A DNA stretch of 64,000 nucleotides from the human T2T-CHM13v2.0 reference genome, Homo sapiens, in assembly GCF_009914755.1 (NCBI RefSeq), contig NC_060936.1; one strand, 5' to 3'. The notes under the pieces are model-generated. The model saw only the letters and a list, made by a program, of their open reading frames with translations. It was not told the origin of the DNA and searched no databases. This document shows, piece after piece, positions 45,871-64,000 of this stretch. The translations under genes and the position numbers were made by a program. Each line of letters starts with the position of its first letter. Positions within the stretch are counted from its first letter, which is position 1.

Positions 45871-48114
45871 TTTTTTTTTTTTTTTTTTTTTTTTTTAATT
45901 GATCATTCTTGGGTGTTTCTCGCAGAGGGGGATTTGGCAGGGTCACAGGACAATAGCGGAGGGAAGGTCAGCAGATAAGTGAACAAAGGTCTCTGGTTTT
46001 CCTAGGCAGAGGACCCTGCGGGCCTTCCGCAGTGTTTGTGTCCCTGGGTACTTGAGATTAGGGAGTGGTGATGACTCTTAACGAGCATGCTGCCTTCAAG
46101 CATGTGTTTAACAAAGCACATCTTGCACCACCCTTAATCCATTCAACCCTGAGTGGACACAGCACATGTTTCAGAGAGCACAGGGTTGGGGGTAAGGTCA
46201 CAGATCAACAGGATCCCAAGGCAGAAGAATTTTTCTTAGTACAGAACAAAATGAAAAGTCTCCCATGTCTACCTCTTTCTACACAGACACGGCAACCATC
46301 CGATTTCTCAATCTTTTCCCCACCTTTACCCCCTTTCTATTCCACAAAACCGCCATTGTCATCATGGCCCGTTCTCAATGAGCTGTTGAGTACACCTCCC
46401 AGACGGGGTGGTGGCCGGGCAGAGGGGCTCCTCACTTCCCAGTAGGGGCGGCCGGGCAGAGGCGCCCCTCACCTCCCGGACGGGGCGGCTGGCCGGGCGG
46501 GGGGCTGACCTCCCCACCTCCCTCCCGGATGGGGCGGCTGGCCGGGCAGAGGGGCTCCTCACTTCGCAGTAGGGGCGGCCGGGCAGAGGCGCCCCTCATC
46601 TCCCGGATGGGGCAGCTGGCCGGGTTGGGGGCTGACCCCCCCACCTCCCTCCCGGACGGGGCGGCTGGCCGGGCAGAGGGGCTCCTCACTTCCCAGTAGG
46701 GGCGGCCAGGCAGAGGCGCCCCTTACCTCCCGGACGGGGCGGCTGGCCGGGCGGGGGGCTGACCCCCCCGCCTCCTGGCCGGGCGGGGGGCTGACCTCCC
46801 CACCTCCCTCCCGGACGGGGTGGCTGGCCGGGCCGGGGGCTGACCCCCGCACCTCCCTCCCGGACGGGGCGGCTGGCCGGGCAGAGGGGCTCCTCTCTTC
46901 CCAGTAGGGGCGGCCGGGCAGAGGCGCCCCTCACCTCCCGGATGGGGCGGCTGGCCGGGCGGGGGGCTGACCCCCCCACATCCTTCCCGGACAGGGCGGC
47001 TGGCCGGGCAGAGGGGCTCCTCACTTCCCAGTAGGGGCGGCCGGGCAGAGGCGCCCCTCACCTCCTGGATGGGGCGGCTGTCCGGGCGGGGGGCTGACCC
47101 CCCCACCTCCCTCCCGGACGGGGCGGCTGGCCGGGCGGGGGGATGACCCCCCCACCTCCCTCCCGGATGGGGCGGCTGGCCGGGCAGGGGGCTAACCCCC
47201 CCATCTCCATTCCGGACTGGGGCGGCTGGCCGGGCGGGGGGCTGACCCCCACCTCCCTCCCAGACGGGGTGGCTGCCGGGTGGAGACGCTCCTCACTTCC
47301 CAGACGGAGTGGCTGCCGGGCGGAGGGGCTCCTCACTTTTCAGACGGTGTGGCTGCCGGGTGGAGGGGCTCCTCACTTCTCAGACGGGGCGGTTGCCAGG
47401 CAGAGGGTCTCCTCACTTCTCAGACGGGGCGGCCGGGCAGAGACGCTCCTCACATCCCAGACGGGGCGGCAGGGCAGAGGCGCTCCCCACATCTCAGACG
47501 ATGGGCGGCCTGGCAGAGACGCTCCTCACTTCCTAGATGGGATGGCGGCCGGGCAGAGACGCTCCTCACTTTCCAGACTGGGCAGCCAGGCAGAGAGGCT
47601 CCTCACATCCCAGACGATGGGCGGCCAGGCAGAGACGCTCCTCACTTCCCAGACGGGGTGGTGGCCGGGCAGAGGCTGCAATCTCAGCACTTTGGGGGGC
47701 CAAGGCAGGCAGCTGGGAGGTGGAGGTTGTAGCGAGCCGAGATCACGCCACTGCACTCCAGCCTGGGCACCATTGAGCACTGAGTGAACGCGACTCCGTC
47801 TGCCATCCCGGCACCTCGGGAGGCCAAGGCTGGCGGATCACTCGCGGTTAGGAGCTGGAGACCAGCCCGGCCAACACAGCGAAACCCCGTCTCCACCAAA
47901 AAAATACGAAAACCAGTCAGGCATGGCGGCGCGTGCCTGCAATCGCAGGCACTGGGCAGGCTGAGGCAGGAGAATCAGGCAGGGAGGTTGCAGTGAGCCG
48001 AGATGGCAGCAGTACAGTCCAGCTTTGGCTCGGCATCAGGGGGAGACCGTGGAAAAAGAGGGAGAGGGAGACCGTGGGGAGAGGGAGAGGGAGAGGGAGA
48101 GGAGGGAGAGGGAG
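45871..48114 (-). mobile_element. Full-length SVA retrotransposon (probably SVA_D), about 2.24 kb
   Basis: Poly(T) 45871-45896; SINE-R ~45897-46390; GC-rich VNTR ~46390-47680; Alu-like ~47680-48050; (CCCTCT)n read as agaggg ~48052-48114; 14-bp TSD ctgaatggtttctt at 45859-45872 and 48115-48128. Subfamily call is from recalled diagnostics. Confidence 0.97.
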
Positions 48115-48204
48115 CTGAATGGTTTCTTATGTACAAATGACTAGTCAAGAATATGCTTTGAAGTTTTTTCCCTAGATTTTACATAAAAAAATTAAAAAGC
48201 TTTC

Positions 48205-49015
48205 AAGTTGTTTTTTATGCAGTAAAATGTACAAATCTTAAGGGTAATCAGTGGATTTTTACATATGTTGTACCCATGTAATTACCACCCAGATCAAGAT
48301 GTAGAACATTTCCCCACCAAGACAGTTCCCTGATGTCTTTTCTCAGAGGAACACTGTCCCTCCAGAGGTAACCAATATTCTAACTTCTATCACTGATATT
48401 ATTTTTGCCTGTTCTTGTACTTGATATAAACAGAATCCTATAGTATGTACTCTTTGGGTCTGACTTTTTTGTTTAACAATGCCTATGAGATATAGCTATG
48501 TTGTATGTAGCAGTGTTTCTTTTTTCAGTGTTTCTTTTTTATTAGTAGTTTTTAATTATATCAATATACCACAATTAGTCTATTCATCTTCTTGTTACCA
48601 GATTGGGCTATTATGAATAAAGCTGCTGTTAATATTCTTATTTGTAGCCATATGTACTTATTTCTTTTGGGTGTATGTCTAGGAGTGAAGTTGCTGGGTC
48701 ATAAGATGGGCATATATTTAAATTTATTAGCAAATTCCAGATAGTTTTCCAAAGTTATTTTTCCATTCTACGTTCCCATGAGCAATATTTGAGAATCTAG
48801 TTGGTCCACATCCTGACCAAACTTGGTATTGTCTATTTTTAAAAAATTTTAGCCTTTCCTGTGTGTGTTTAATTTTTATTTTGCATCTTGCCGATGAGCA
48901 ATAATGTTAAGTCTCTCCTCAAATTTTAAGTATAACATATACAGCAAAATGCACACATTTAAGTGTATGGCTTAATGAATTATTTATTACCTTGTTATAT
49001 AACCCTCATGATCAG
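48205..49015 (-). mobile_element. L1ME 3' end
   Basis: cccatgtaattaccacccagatcaagatgtagaacattt. Confidence 0.75.
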
Positions 49016-49024
49016 GAGTACTCT

Positions 49025-49950
49025 TCATTCATTCATTCATTCATTCAGTCAGCCAGCTAATTTACTGCCTATCTGCTATGTGCCCGGTATAGTTCTAGGC
49101 CTAGGGATACAAGAATTATCAAGATAATCAAAGGCTCTGTCCTCATGGAGTCCAAGTTCTTGTCCTCAAGTTTACATCCTATTGAGGGAGATAGACAATA
49201 AATAAATACAGAATATAATGCTAGATAGTAACAGTTGTAGAAAAAAATGTAGAAAAACACAGGGTAAAGGAATAGGAGTGGCAGGGGCTGCTGTATGTAG
49301 GATGATTAGAGAAGGAATCTCTGAGGAGATGACATTTGAACAAAGAGAGAGAACGATTCATGTGAATCTAGGAGAAGAGCATTCCAGGCAGACAGAATGG
49401 CAAGTTCAAAGGCCTTGAAGTGGTAGGTGCTTGGCTTGCTTGAGGCATGGCAGGTATTAGCTGAAGTGCATTGAGCAAGGGGTGATGCTGGGGGAGGAAG
49501 TTACCAGTTCCAGGGGCCAGGTCAGGTAGGGCTTGCTGGTCATGGGGAGCACTGAAGGGTTTTGAGTAGAGGAGTGACATGATCTGAGTTGTTTTTTCTT
49601 AAAAAACTGGCTTCTGTGTGAAAAATAGACTACATTAACAAGAGAAGCAGGGAACTCAGGAAGCTATGATAATAGCACAAGCTGTAAAAATCACGATGGC
49701 TTGGACTAGAGTGGTAACAGTGGAATGGCGAGAAGCAGTTGGATTTGGAGAATAGTTAGAACTTGCTGATCGTTTGGTTGTGGTATCTGAGGAAAATAGA
49801 GGAGTCAAGGATAATTACAGGGCTTTTGGCTTGAGCAGTTGGGTGAGTGGTTAGTACCACATACTGAGAAGGTGAAGACTTGGGAAAGTGTATGCTTTGG
49901 GTGATGAATAAAATCAGGAGTTCAGGTTTGGAGACATTCAGTTGAAATTC
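49025..49950 (+). mobile_element. L2 (3' end with (CATT)n, as read on the + strand)
   Basis: (cattc)n; ctctgaggagatgacatttgaa; ttttggcttgagcagttggg. The element's own sense is opposite to the CATT-reading strand. Confidence 0.7.
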
Positions 49951-50224
49951 CTTCCCACCTTAGCAGTCATCCCTTCTGTTCAGGTATCCACTGATGCTGG
50001 GAATGTGCATTATTTGTTTCTTTTTCTTACTACTGCCAGGAACACCTGGCGTCTTTGCCCTTTCCTATGTCTTTATGCTGACATTAGTTTCCTGAGATTC
50101 CATTTTCATTTCTTTGCTACGAGAGCAAAGAGGAGTTTCCACTTATGTTGTAGAAGTTTCATCAGGATAAGTTAAGTTCCTGATACCCCAAGTTAAATTT
50201 AGAATATGTTTATGCAGCAATAGG

Positions 50225-51240
<1,016 letters not shown>

Positions 51241-51833
51241 TCCTTCTCAAATACATTTTGTTTTTCAAAAAATTTATTTAACAACTGCTTAGATGGTGTT
51301 TGCTATGTACAAGCACTATTCTAAGTGCATTATAGATATTAATTTCTTTAAATAGTGTAATAAATGATCATCGTTTTCTAATTGGGCTACAGTGTATCTT
51401 ATACCTTTCTATTTCCTTCTTACTGCCACATTCCTCACTCAAGCCCTCTTCAACTCTGGCTTGGATTAGTACTTATTTCTAAGTAATAGTACCTCTTTCC
51501 TAAGTTAATTGTTCTGTTTTTTAAATCTGCTATTTATCAAATTGCAGATGTATTCTCAAGTACCATAATCCATCAAGTATCTCTTCTCGTTCAGATCTTC
51601 AATCTTTATTTCTCCTTGTTGGTTTCTGCCCTCTTTCCTAAAAACATGTTCCTTCAATCCTAAAAATAGCTTCTTATTTTCTCCTTAAGTGGGCTATCTT
51701 CCCCCTCTTTTAGAAAGAGAAGTAGATATGTTCTTTTCTTCTACTTCTTTATTAGTCCACTTAACATCAATCTGACTTTCTTTCACAACTCTAGTGAATC
51801 TCTTTACCAATTTCCTTTCAAAATCCAATTACC

Positions 51834-52887
51834 TTTTTTCTTTCATAGTTGAGATTTTATTGGTTGTACTGAAGATCAGTACACAGACATTCAGTTGTAC
51901 ACAATTCTTAACGTATGTACCGAAAATCTAAAAAGCCATGTGTTACAATTCTATTTTAAACAGTTATTTGCAGTGACTTAAAATTTGGAGGCAAATTTTC
52001 CTTAAGAGGATATCAAGTTCCAGTATCTTCAGATGTTGATAAGCCGTTAGGTAAGTCTTACCAATTCACAACTTAATATCATATACACAACATATGCAAA
52101 TTTTTCACCTTTCACAGCACATTAACAAAATTACTAGGAAAACAGAGCTACCATGACCAAAGATGTTACAGAGCGCACACAGTTCTGACAGGGAGAGCCA
52201 TGACCAGGAGTGGTTTTCTTCAGGAAACAATTCTACGAAAAAACAACATGGTAATGGAAATAATTTAAAATGTTCAAGAATTGAATGCACAACTCTGACT
52301 CCACATTGCCATTGAGTATTGCCATTGCTTTTGTATTATAGGATATAAAAACTACCTGCCCAGCTGACACCCAAGATAGTCAAAGCTTTCCATAATTCAG
52401 TATCCCACATTATCTTCTGTTGTACCAAAAAATAACAAGCAAATAATTGTACCTCTTACAAAAAATCACTTACACTTAATAAATGGGACAATGTGGGAGT
52501 CCCTCCTACAATGTGGGATTCCCTCCTTCTAAAATGTTTCTAGAGCTACTATAAAACACATTTAAAAAATAGTTGATAAAAATATTTCTCTGGATTGTGC
52601 AAGAAGGGAGACTAGGACCACGGATAAGACAGGGTATTTGATATTAATCAAACTAGGCTTCTTTCTCTCTTGCTGCGTTGGAGGCTGAACCCTCCTCGTT
52701 TGTCGTTTCTCCATTTTCTGCAGGTAAATCTTAGTTTCTTGGTTAGCTACTTTGTCCTGTTTTCCCTTTGCTACCAGTTTTGCTTTTTGTTTGTGCTTTT
52801 TTGTCTGAAGATTTATCCTTTCCTGCTGTCTTTTTTGGCTTCGTTTCCCCCTTTGCAGGAGCAAGTTTAGGTGACAACCTTGTGGAT
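51834..52887 (-). pseudogene. 5'-truncated processed pseudogene of HMGN1
   Basis: Minus strand reads, with frameshifts, RLSPKLAPAK..TKPKKTAGKDKSSDKK..AKGKQDKVANQETK..LPAENGETTNEEGSASNAAREKEA*, i.e. the HMGN1 nucleosome-binding domain and acidic tail (~52645-52887). Intronless; ~800-nt 3'UTR; AATAAA (tttatt ~51856-51861); degenerate A tail ~51834-51843. Confidence 0.9.
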
Positions 52888-53043
52888 AGAGATGGAATCT
52901 CACTGTGTTGATTAGGCTGAGGTGGGAGGATTGCTTGAGTCCAGGAGTTTGAGGTGGCAGTGAGCTATGATTGTGCCACTGCCCTCCAGTCTGGGCAACA
53001 GAGAGAGACCATGTCTCCTAAAAAAAAAAAAAAAAAAAAAAAA
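52887..53043 (+). mobile_element. AluJ right arm (+) fused to an inverted left-arm fragment (52887-52919, -)
   Basis: tagagatggaatctcactgtgttgatt-AGGCTG-aggtgggaggattgcttgag. Confidence 0.85.
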
Positions 53044-54426
53044 TTACATTCACCATTATCACCATTCATGTCCAGAACTCTTCATTTTGCAAAACTAAAA
53101 CTCTTTATTCATTAAACATCCTCACTCTCTCCTTTCCCTCCAGCCCCCAGCAACTACCATTCTGCTTCCTGTCTCTATGAATTTGACTAGCTTAGGTATC
53201 TCACATAAGTGGAATCCTTACAACATTTGTCCTTTTGTGACTGGCTTATTCTATTAGCATCTGTCCTTAAGGTTCATCCTTGTAGCATGTGTCAGAATTT
53301 CCTTCCTCTTTAAGGCCGAATAATATTCCATTGTATGTATATACTTTATTTTGTTTAACCATTTGTCTGCTGATAGACATTTAGGTGCTCCACCTCTTGG
53401 CTATTGTGAATAATGCTGCAGTGAACATAGGTGTGCAGATATCTCTGAGACTCTACTTTCATTGCTTTTGCATTTTGAGCTAATTTTTTATGTGGTAGTG
53501 TATATTCTTTTGTATGTGGATATTCAGTTATCCCAGCACCATTTGTTGAAAAGATTATTCTTTCCCTGTTGAATTTTCTTGTCACCTTTGTTGAAAATAA
53601 ATTGACCATAAATGTGAGGATTCTTGTCTATACTTTCACTTCTATTCTATTGATCTATATGCCTGTTCTTATTGCTGATACCATAAGGTGCATGTTGTTT
53701 TTTGAAGTATGAAAAGTCTTAAATTTGAATTCTAGCTTTTTTTTTTCTTTTATAGATTGTATGGTTTGTGCTTTTGAAGAACTCTCACTAAAAAAAAATC
53801 ATGACCTTCCTCTTATGTTTTTTCTAGGGTTTTACAGTTTTAGCCATTTGGGTCTGTGATCCATTTTGAGTTAATTTTTATATATAGTATGAGGTAAAAG
53901 TCTGAGTTCATTTTTATGTATTTGGAAGTCCAGTTGTCCCAATACTATTTGTTGAAAAGACTCTCTTTTCCCTATTGAATATCTCTAGTGCCTTTGTTGA
54001 AAATCAGTTGTCCATAGATATGAAGGTTTATTTTTGGATTCTCAATTTTGTGCCCATTGATATGTGTGCCTATTCTTATGACAGTACCACACTGTCTTCA
54101 TGACTGTAGCTTTATAGTAAGTTTTGAAATCAGGTAGTGGAAGTCCTCCAAAATTTTCAAAATTGTTTTGGCAATTCTGGTTTCTTTGAATTTCCATATA
54201 AATTTTATGATCAGCTTGTCAGTTTCTACAAAAATGCTTGCTGAAATTTTAATAGGGACTGTATTACGCTTATAAATTAAATTGGGAGAATATGAATGTT
54301 CCAGTTCATGAATATGGAATGTGTCTCTATTGATTTAGATCTTTAATTTCTTTCTCTCAACTATGTTTTCTAATTTTCAGAGTATGAGATTTGTACATCT
54401 GTTATTTTTATTCCTAAGTATTTAAG

Positions 54427-56424
<1,998 letters not shown>

Positions 56425-56481
56425 TGATCTGTAGTTTTCTAGTGATGTCTTTGTCTGGTTGCAGTATCAGGGAAACATGGA

Positions 56482-57757
<1,276 letters not shown>

Positions 57758-58317
57758 TGTTCTTCTATTTTCTAAAACAGTTTGTGGAGAATTCTATTAT
57801 TTCTTCTTTAAATATTTGATAAGACACAATCTGGCCTTGTGCTTTTTTGTGTGTGTGTGGGGAGGATTTTAGATTATTAATTCAATTTCTTGATATCCTA
57901 CCCTTTTTAAGTCAATCTTAGTAATGTAAGTTTTTCTAGGAATTTGTTCATTTCATCAGAGTTGTCAAATTTGTGGACATAAAGTTGCTCATAGCATTTC
58001 TTCATAATCCCTTGAATTTTTGTAGGGTCTGTAATGATGTTCTTTGTTTTATTCCTGATTTTGGTAAATTGTGTCTTTTTTATTCTGGTCAACCTATCTG
58101 TAGGTAAAAAGAACCAACTTTTGGTTTTATTGCTTTTCTCTAGTGTTTTTCCATATACTCTTTGATTGATTGTGGTCTAATCTGTAGTATTTCCTACCTT
58201 CTGCTTGCTTGGGATTTAGTTGGCTTTTCTTTTTCTAATTTCTTAAATTGGAAACTCAAGCTATAGATTGAAGACCTTTCTTCTTTTCTGCTATAGATGT
58301 TTTAAGTACCAATTTAG

Positions 58318-58658
<341 letters not shown>

Positions 58659-58762
58659 TATTATGTTTTTATTTTCTTTCAGTTCAAAATATTTTCTAAT
58701 TTCCTTTGTGAATTTTTTTTCTTTGACCCATGAGTTGTTTAAAACTATGTTGTTTATTTGTG

Positions 58763-58955
58763 ACCAGCCTGGGCAACATGGTGAAACCCCATCTCTACAA
58801 AAAATACAAAAATTATTTGGGTGTGGTGGTGCCCACCTGTAGTCGCAACTACTTGGGAGGCTTAGGTGAGAGGATCAGTGAAACATGATTGTGCTGCCGC
58901 ACTCCACCCTGGGTGACAGTGAGACCCTGTCTCAAAAAAAAAAAAAAAAAAAAAA
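58763..58955 (+). mobile_element. 5'-truncated AluJ
   Basis: Starts gaccagcctgggcaac; A tail. Confidence 0.88.
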
Positions 58956-59104
58956 GCATGTTCTTTAATTTTGAAATGTTTAGCGATTTCCCATATTTCT
59001 CTCTGCTCTTCATTTTTATTGAATTCTGTTGTTGTTGGAGAACCTACTTTGTATGATTTCAATCATTAAAAAATTGGGAATTTCTTATGATCTATTATAA
59101 AATT

Positions 59105-59322
59105 TAACAAGCTTTCTTTATAAAGGGCCATATAATAAATATTTTGGCTTTATGTGCCATATGGTCTGTGTTACAACTATTCATTTCTGCCGTTTTGGTG
59201 CTGAAGCCTCCAAATACAATACATAAATCAATGGACATGCTTATGTTAGCATAAAACTTTATTTACAAAAACAGGCAGTAGAGCTGACTTTGGCCCTTGG
59301 GCCATAGTCTGCTGATCCTTGG
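59105..59322 (-). mobile_element. MER58A
   Basis: taaagggccatataataaatattttggc...aaaactttatttacaaaaacaggc. Confidence 0.8.
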
Positions 59323-59412
59323 CCTAGTATATAGTCTGTCCTTGAGGATGTTCTGGCTGTGTTTGAAGAGAATATAATATTCTTTTCTTGTTGGATGGAG
59401 GAGTATTACTGA

Positions 59413-59734
<322 letters not shown>

Positions 59735-59754
59735 CAGTCTGGGTTTTTAATCAA

Positions 59755-60105
59755 TGTATTAGTCTGTTCCCACGCTGCAAATAAAGACATATCTGAGACT
59801 GGGTAATTTATAAAGGAAAGAGGTTTGACTCACAGTTCCACATGGCTGGGGAGGCCTCACAATCATAATGGAAGGTGAAAGAGGAGCAAAGTCATGTCTT
59901 ACATGGAAGCAGGCAAGAAAGTTTGTGCAGGGGAACTCCCATTTATAAAACCATCAGATCTCTTGAGACTTATTCACTACCGTGAGAACAGTATTGGGGA
60001 AACTGCCCCATGATTCAGTTATCTCCACCTGTCCCCACCCTTGACACATGGGGATTATTACAATTCAAGGTGAGATTTGGGTGGGGACACAGCCAAACCA
60101 TATCA
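59755..60105 (-). mobile_element. THE1B-like solo LTR (ERVL-MaLR)
   Basis: tgtattagtctgtt...gggtggggacacagccaaaccatatca; TG..CA ends; 5-bp TSD atcaa/atcag. Confidence 0.92.
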
Positions 60106-60454
60106 ATCAGTTATTGAGAGTGGGATACTTAAGTCTTTATCATTTGTTGAACTCTTTATTCTTTCTGTCAATTTTTGCTGCATGTATTTTAGGTCTTATT
60201 GTTTGGTGGATATATATTTATAATTCTGTTTCTGATGTCATGACTCTCTTATAATATGATTTCTCTCTGTCTCTAATAATACCATTTTATCTGATACTAA
60301 GCCCTTTTTTTATTGGTTTGCATGATATATCTTTTTTCATTCTTTTACTTTCAATCTCTCTGTGTTTGAATCTATGGTGTGTTTTTTGTAGATGGCATAC
60401 AGTTGGATCTTGTTTTTCCAGCCACTCTAACAATTTCTGTCTTTTGAGTGGAGT

Positions 60455-61392
<938 letters not shown>

Positions 61393-61794
61393 AGGTATTT
61401 GTTTTTTTGTGTATCTTTTGGCTTTTTCTGTTTGTTTGTACCTCTTTTATTGCCTTATTTTGTGTTTAATAGTTTTTTTAAGCGTATGATTATTTTATTG
61501 CTTTTGTCTTTTGTTTTTACTATTTTTCAGTTGTTTTCTTAGTACTTGTCTGGTCATTATAATAAGCATCTTATAGCCCAATTTAACTAAATTAATGCTA
61601 ATTTAATTCTGTAATATAGCTTCTTTCTCCTTTTATGCAATTGTTTTCATGTTTATTATATCTATATTTGCTATAAACCTAATAATTCAGTATTGTTATT
61701 AATCTTGTATTACATAAAACAGTAATAATTAGTTGAATTCTTTTTAAAAATTTAAGAGAAGGAAGTTAAAAAATACATACTTTAGTTAAATTAT

Positions 61795-61886
61795 TTTCAG
61801 TAGAAACAGGGTCTTGCTGTGTTGCCCAGGCTGGCCTTGGCCTCCCAAACTGTTGGGATTACAGGCGTGAGCCATTGCACCTGGCC
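61795..61886 (-). mobile_element. Alu left-arm fragment with internal deletion
   Basis: gcccaggctgg|ccttggcctcccaaa. Confidence 0.8.
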
Positions 61887-62509
61887 AAAAATACATACGT
61901 TATATGTACCTACATATTTGCTTTTCCTAGTGCTCTTTCTTTGGGTACAGTCGGGTTACCATCTGATGTCATTTTGCCTTTCAACTTGAGAGACTTCCTT
62001 TGGAATTTCTTGTAAGTCAGGTTTGCAAGCAATGGATTCTCTGTAAGTCTTTGAAATGTCTTTATTTCACCTTCATTTTTGAAAGATAGCTTTGCTAGAT
62101 ATCAAATTCTTGGTTGCTGGTTTTTTCTTTTAGCACTTTGAATGTCATTTCTTGCCTTCTGGCTTCTTTTGCTTCTGATGAGAAGTCAGCTGTTAATGTT
62201 GCTTCCCTGTACATGATGAAGTATTGTTTTCATTTTTGTTCTTGCTGCTTTCAAGATCTTCTGGTTTTGGCTTTAATCAGTTTCACTATGATATGTCTAG
62301 ATGTGGATCTCTTTGTGTGTATTGCAGCTATAATTCATTGAGCTTCCTGACTCTGTAGATACATTTAAAAAAAATCAAGTTGCAAATTGTTTTTGGTCAC
62401 CATTTTTGTCCTCTTTCACATCACTTCTTCTGGGGCTTCTAATTTGTGTATAGTGGTATACTTGACATTGTTCCACACATTTCTGAGACTGTTTTACTTT
62501 TTTAAAAAT

Positions 62510-62797
62510 TTTTACTTTTTGTTTGTTAATGTTTAAGAGATAGGGTCTTGCCTTGCTGCTCAGACTCATGGCTGATTGCAACCTTGACCTTCTGAGCTCA
62601 AGCCATCCTCCTACCTTAGCCTCCCAAGTAGCTGGGGCTACAGGCATGCGCCACCACACCTGGCCGATTTTTAATTTCTTATAGAGACAGCGTCTCACTG
62701 TGTTGCTTAGGCTGGTCTTATACTCCTGGCCTCAAGCGATACTCCAACCTGGCCTCCCAAAATGCTGGAGTTATAGGCATGAGCCACTGCACCTGGC
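62510..62797 (-). mobile_element. AluJ
   Basis: Antisense dimer. Confidence 0.9.
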
Positions 62798-63096
62798 TTG
62801 TATTTCTTCATTGTTTTTTCTCCCATTTCTTCAAGTTAGATAATTTCTCTTGTCCTTTCTTCAAGTTTTCTGATTTTTTTCTTCCACTCTAGTATTCATC
62901 TTCAGAATTTTGATTTGGTTGTCTTTTTTTATTTTCCAAATTTATTTGTGCCCTGTTTATATCATGGTTCTCTTTATTTTTTATTTTTTTTTAACCGTGG
63001 TTCTCTTTAAAAATAATTTCTATCTCTTCGTTAAGATTTTCTTTTTGTTTGAGGCATTGTTCTCCTATTTTTTTTAGTCCTTTAAAGAAATTTGGA

Positions 63097-63477
<381 letters not shown>

Positions 63478-63752
63478 TCACATGCCTTTGGGTCACACTT
63501 TGCTGCATTTTTGAATATCTCATAACTTTTTGTTGAAACTGGACATTTTAGCTACTATATTGTAGCAACTTTGATTTCTGGATTTTTCCTCCTTCTGAGG
63601 GTTTTCGTTGCTTTATTGTTTTTATTTTTTAAGTAACTTTCCTGGACTAAATCTGTGGAATCTTTTTCTCACTGTGGTATGTGGCTGCTGGTTGCTGATG
63701 TCTCTGCTCAGTTTTTATACATATTTTTTAAATTATTATTTAAAATCAATTT

Positions 63753-64000
63753 GGGCTGGGCTCAGTGCTTCAGGCCTGTAATCCTAACACTTTGTGAAGT
63801 CAGGGCAGGAGGATTGCTTGAAGCCAAGGGTTTAAGACCAGCCTGGGCAACATAGTGAGACCCTGTCTCTGCAAAAAATAAAAGAAGTTAGCTGGGTGTG
63901 GTGGTATGTGCCTGTAGTTGCAGCCACCTAGCAGGCTAAGACAGAAGAATCGCTTGAGCCCAGGAGTTTGAGGTTGCAGTGAGCTATGATCGTGCCACTC
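63753..64000 (+). mobile_element. AluJ, runs off the window end
   Basis: Alu dimer, incomplete. Confidence 0.9.

Noticed and set aside
46400-47680. Repeat array or CpG-island promoter appearance
   Set aside because: SVA VNTR; no unique spacers (not CRISPR) and not a host promoter.
46065-48118. Cluster of G/P/R-rich ORFs up to 214 aa
   Set aside because: Stop-poor SVA VNTR and SINE-R sequence.
52562-52903. 113-aa ORF with a partial HMGN1 match (AKGKQDKVANQETK)
   Set aside because: Starts in the Alu fragment and is in the HMGN1 frame only briefly; a pseudogene artefact.

Overview
Hominid (most likely human) non-coding DNA: about 70 Alu copies (roughly 30% of the window by eye count), old L1M/L2/MIR/MER58/MaLR debris and one full-length SVA. 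I find no credible protein-coding exon; nearly every ORF in the track is Alu-, L1- or SVA-derived. Minus-strand Alus outnumber plus-strand ones about 2:1, and nearly all L1 fragments are minus. This fits an intron of a long gene transcribed on the + strand, which I cannot name. Recognisable passengers are a processed FGFR1OP2 pseudogene (1-~2563, +), a processed HMGN1 pseudogene (~51834-52887, -), an SVA (45871-48114, -), a two-LTR MLT1 remnant and THE1/MLT1 solo LTRs. I see no new biological 'system' in the strict sense. The most interesting unexplained items are: (i) a 267-bp TSD-flanked, polyadenylated orphan retrocopy (21441-21707) that looks like a spliced MST-LTR exon joined to an unknown last exon; (ii) one target site used three times, by AluJ, AluY and SVA (45244-48128), and another used twice by different Alu subfamilies (57129-57773); (iii) an inverted Alu junction that coincides with the missing HMGN1 5' end; (iv) a perfect splice donor directly behind an acceptor (21981-22003); and (v) a tRNA-A-box inverted-repeat hairpin (39179-39250). 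Repeat subfamily names come from recalled consensus sequences, and boundaries of old repeats are approximate.
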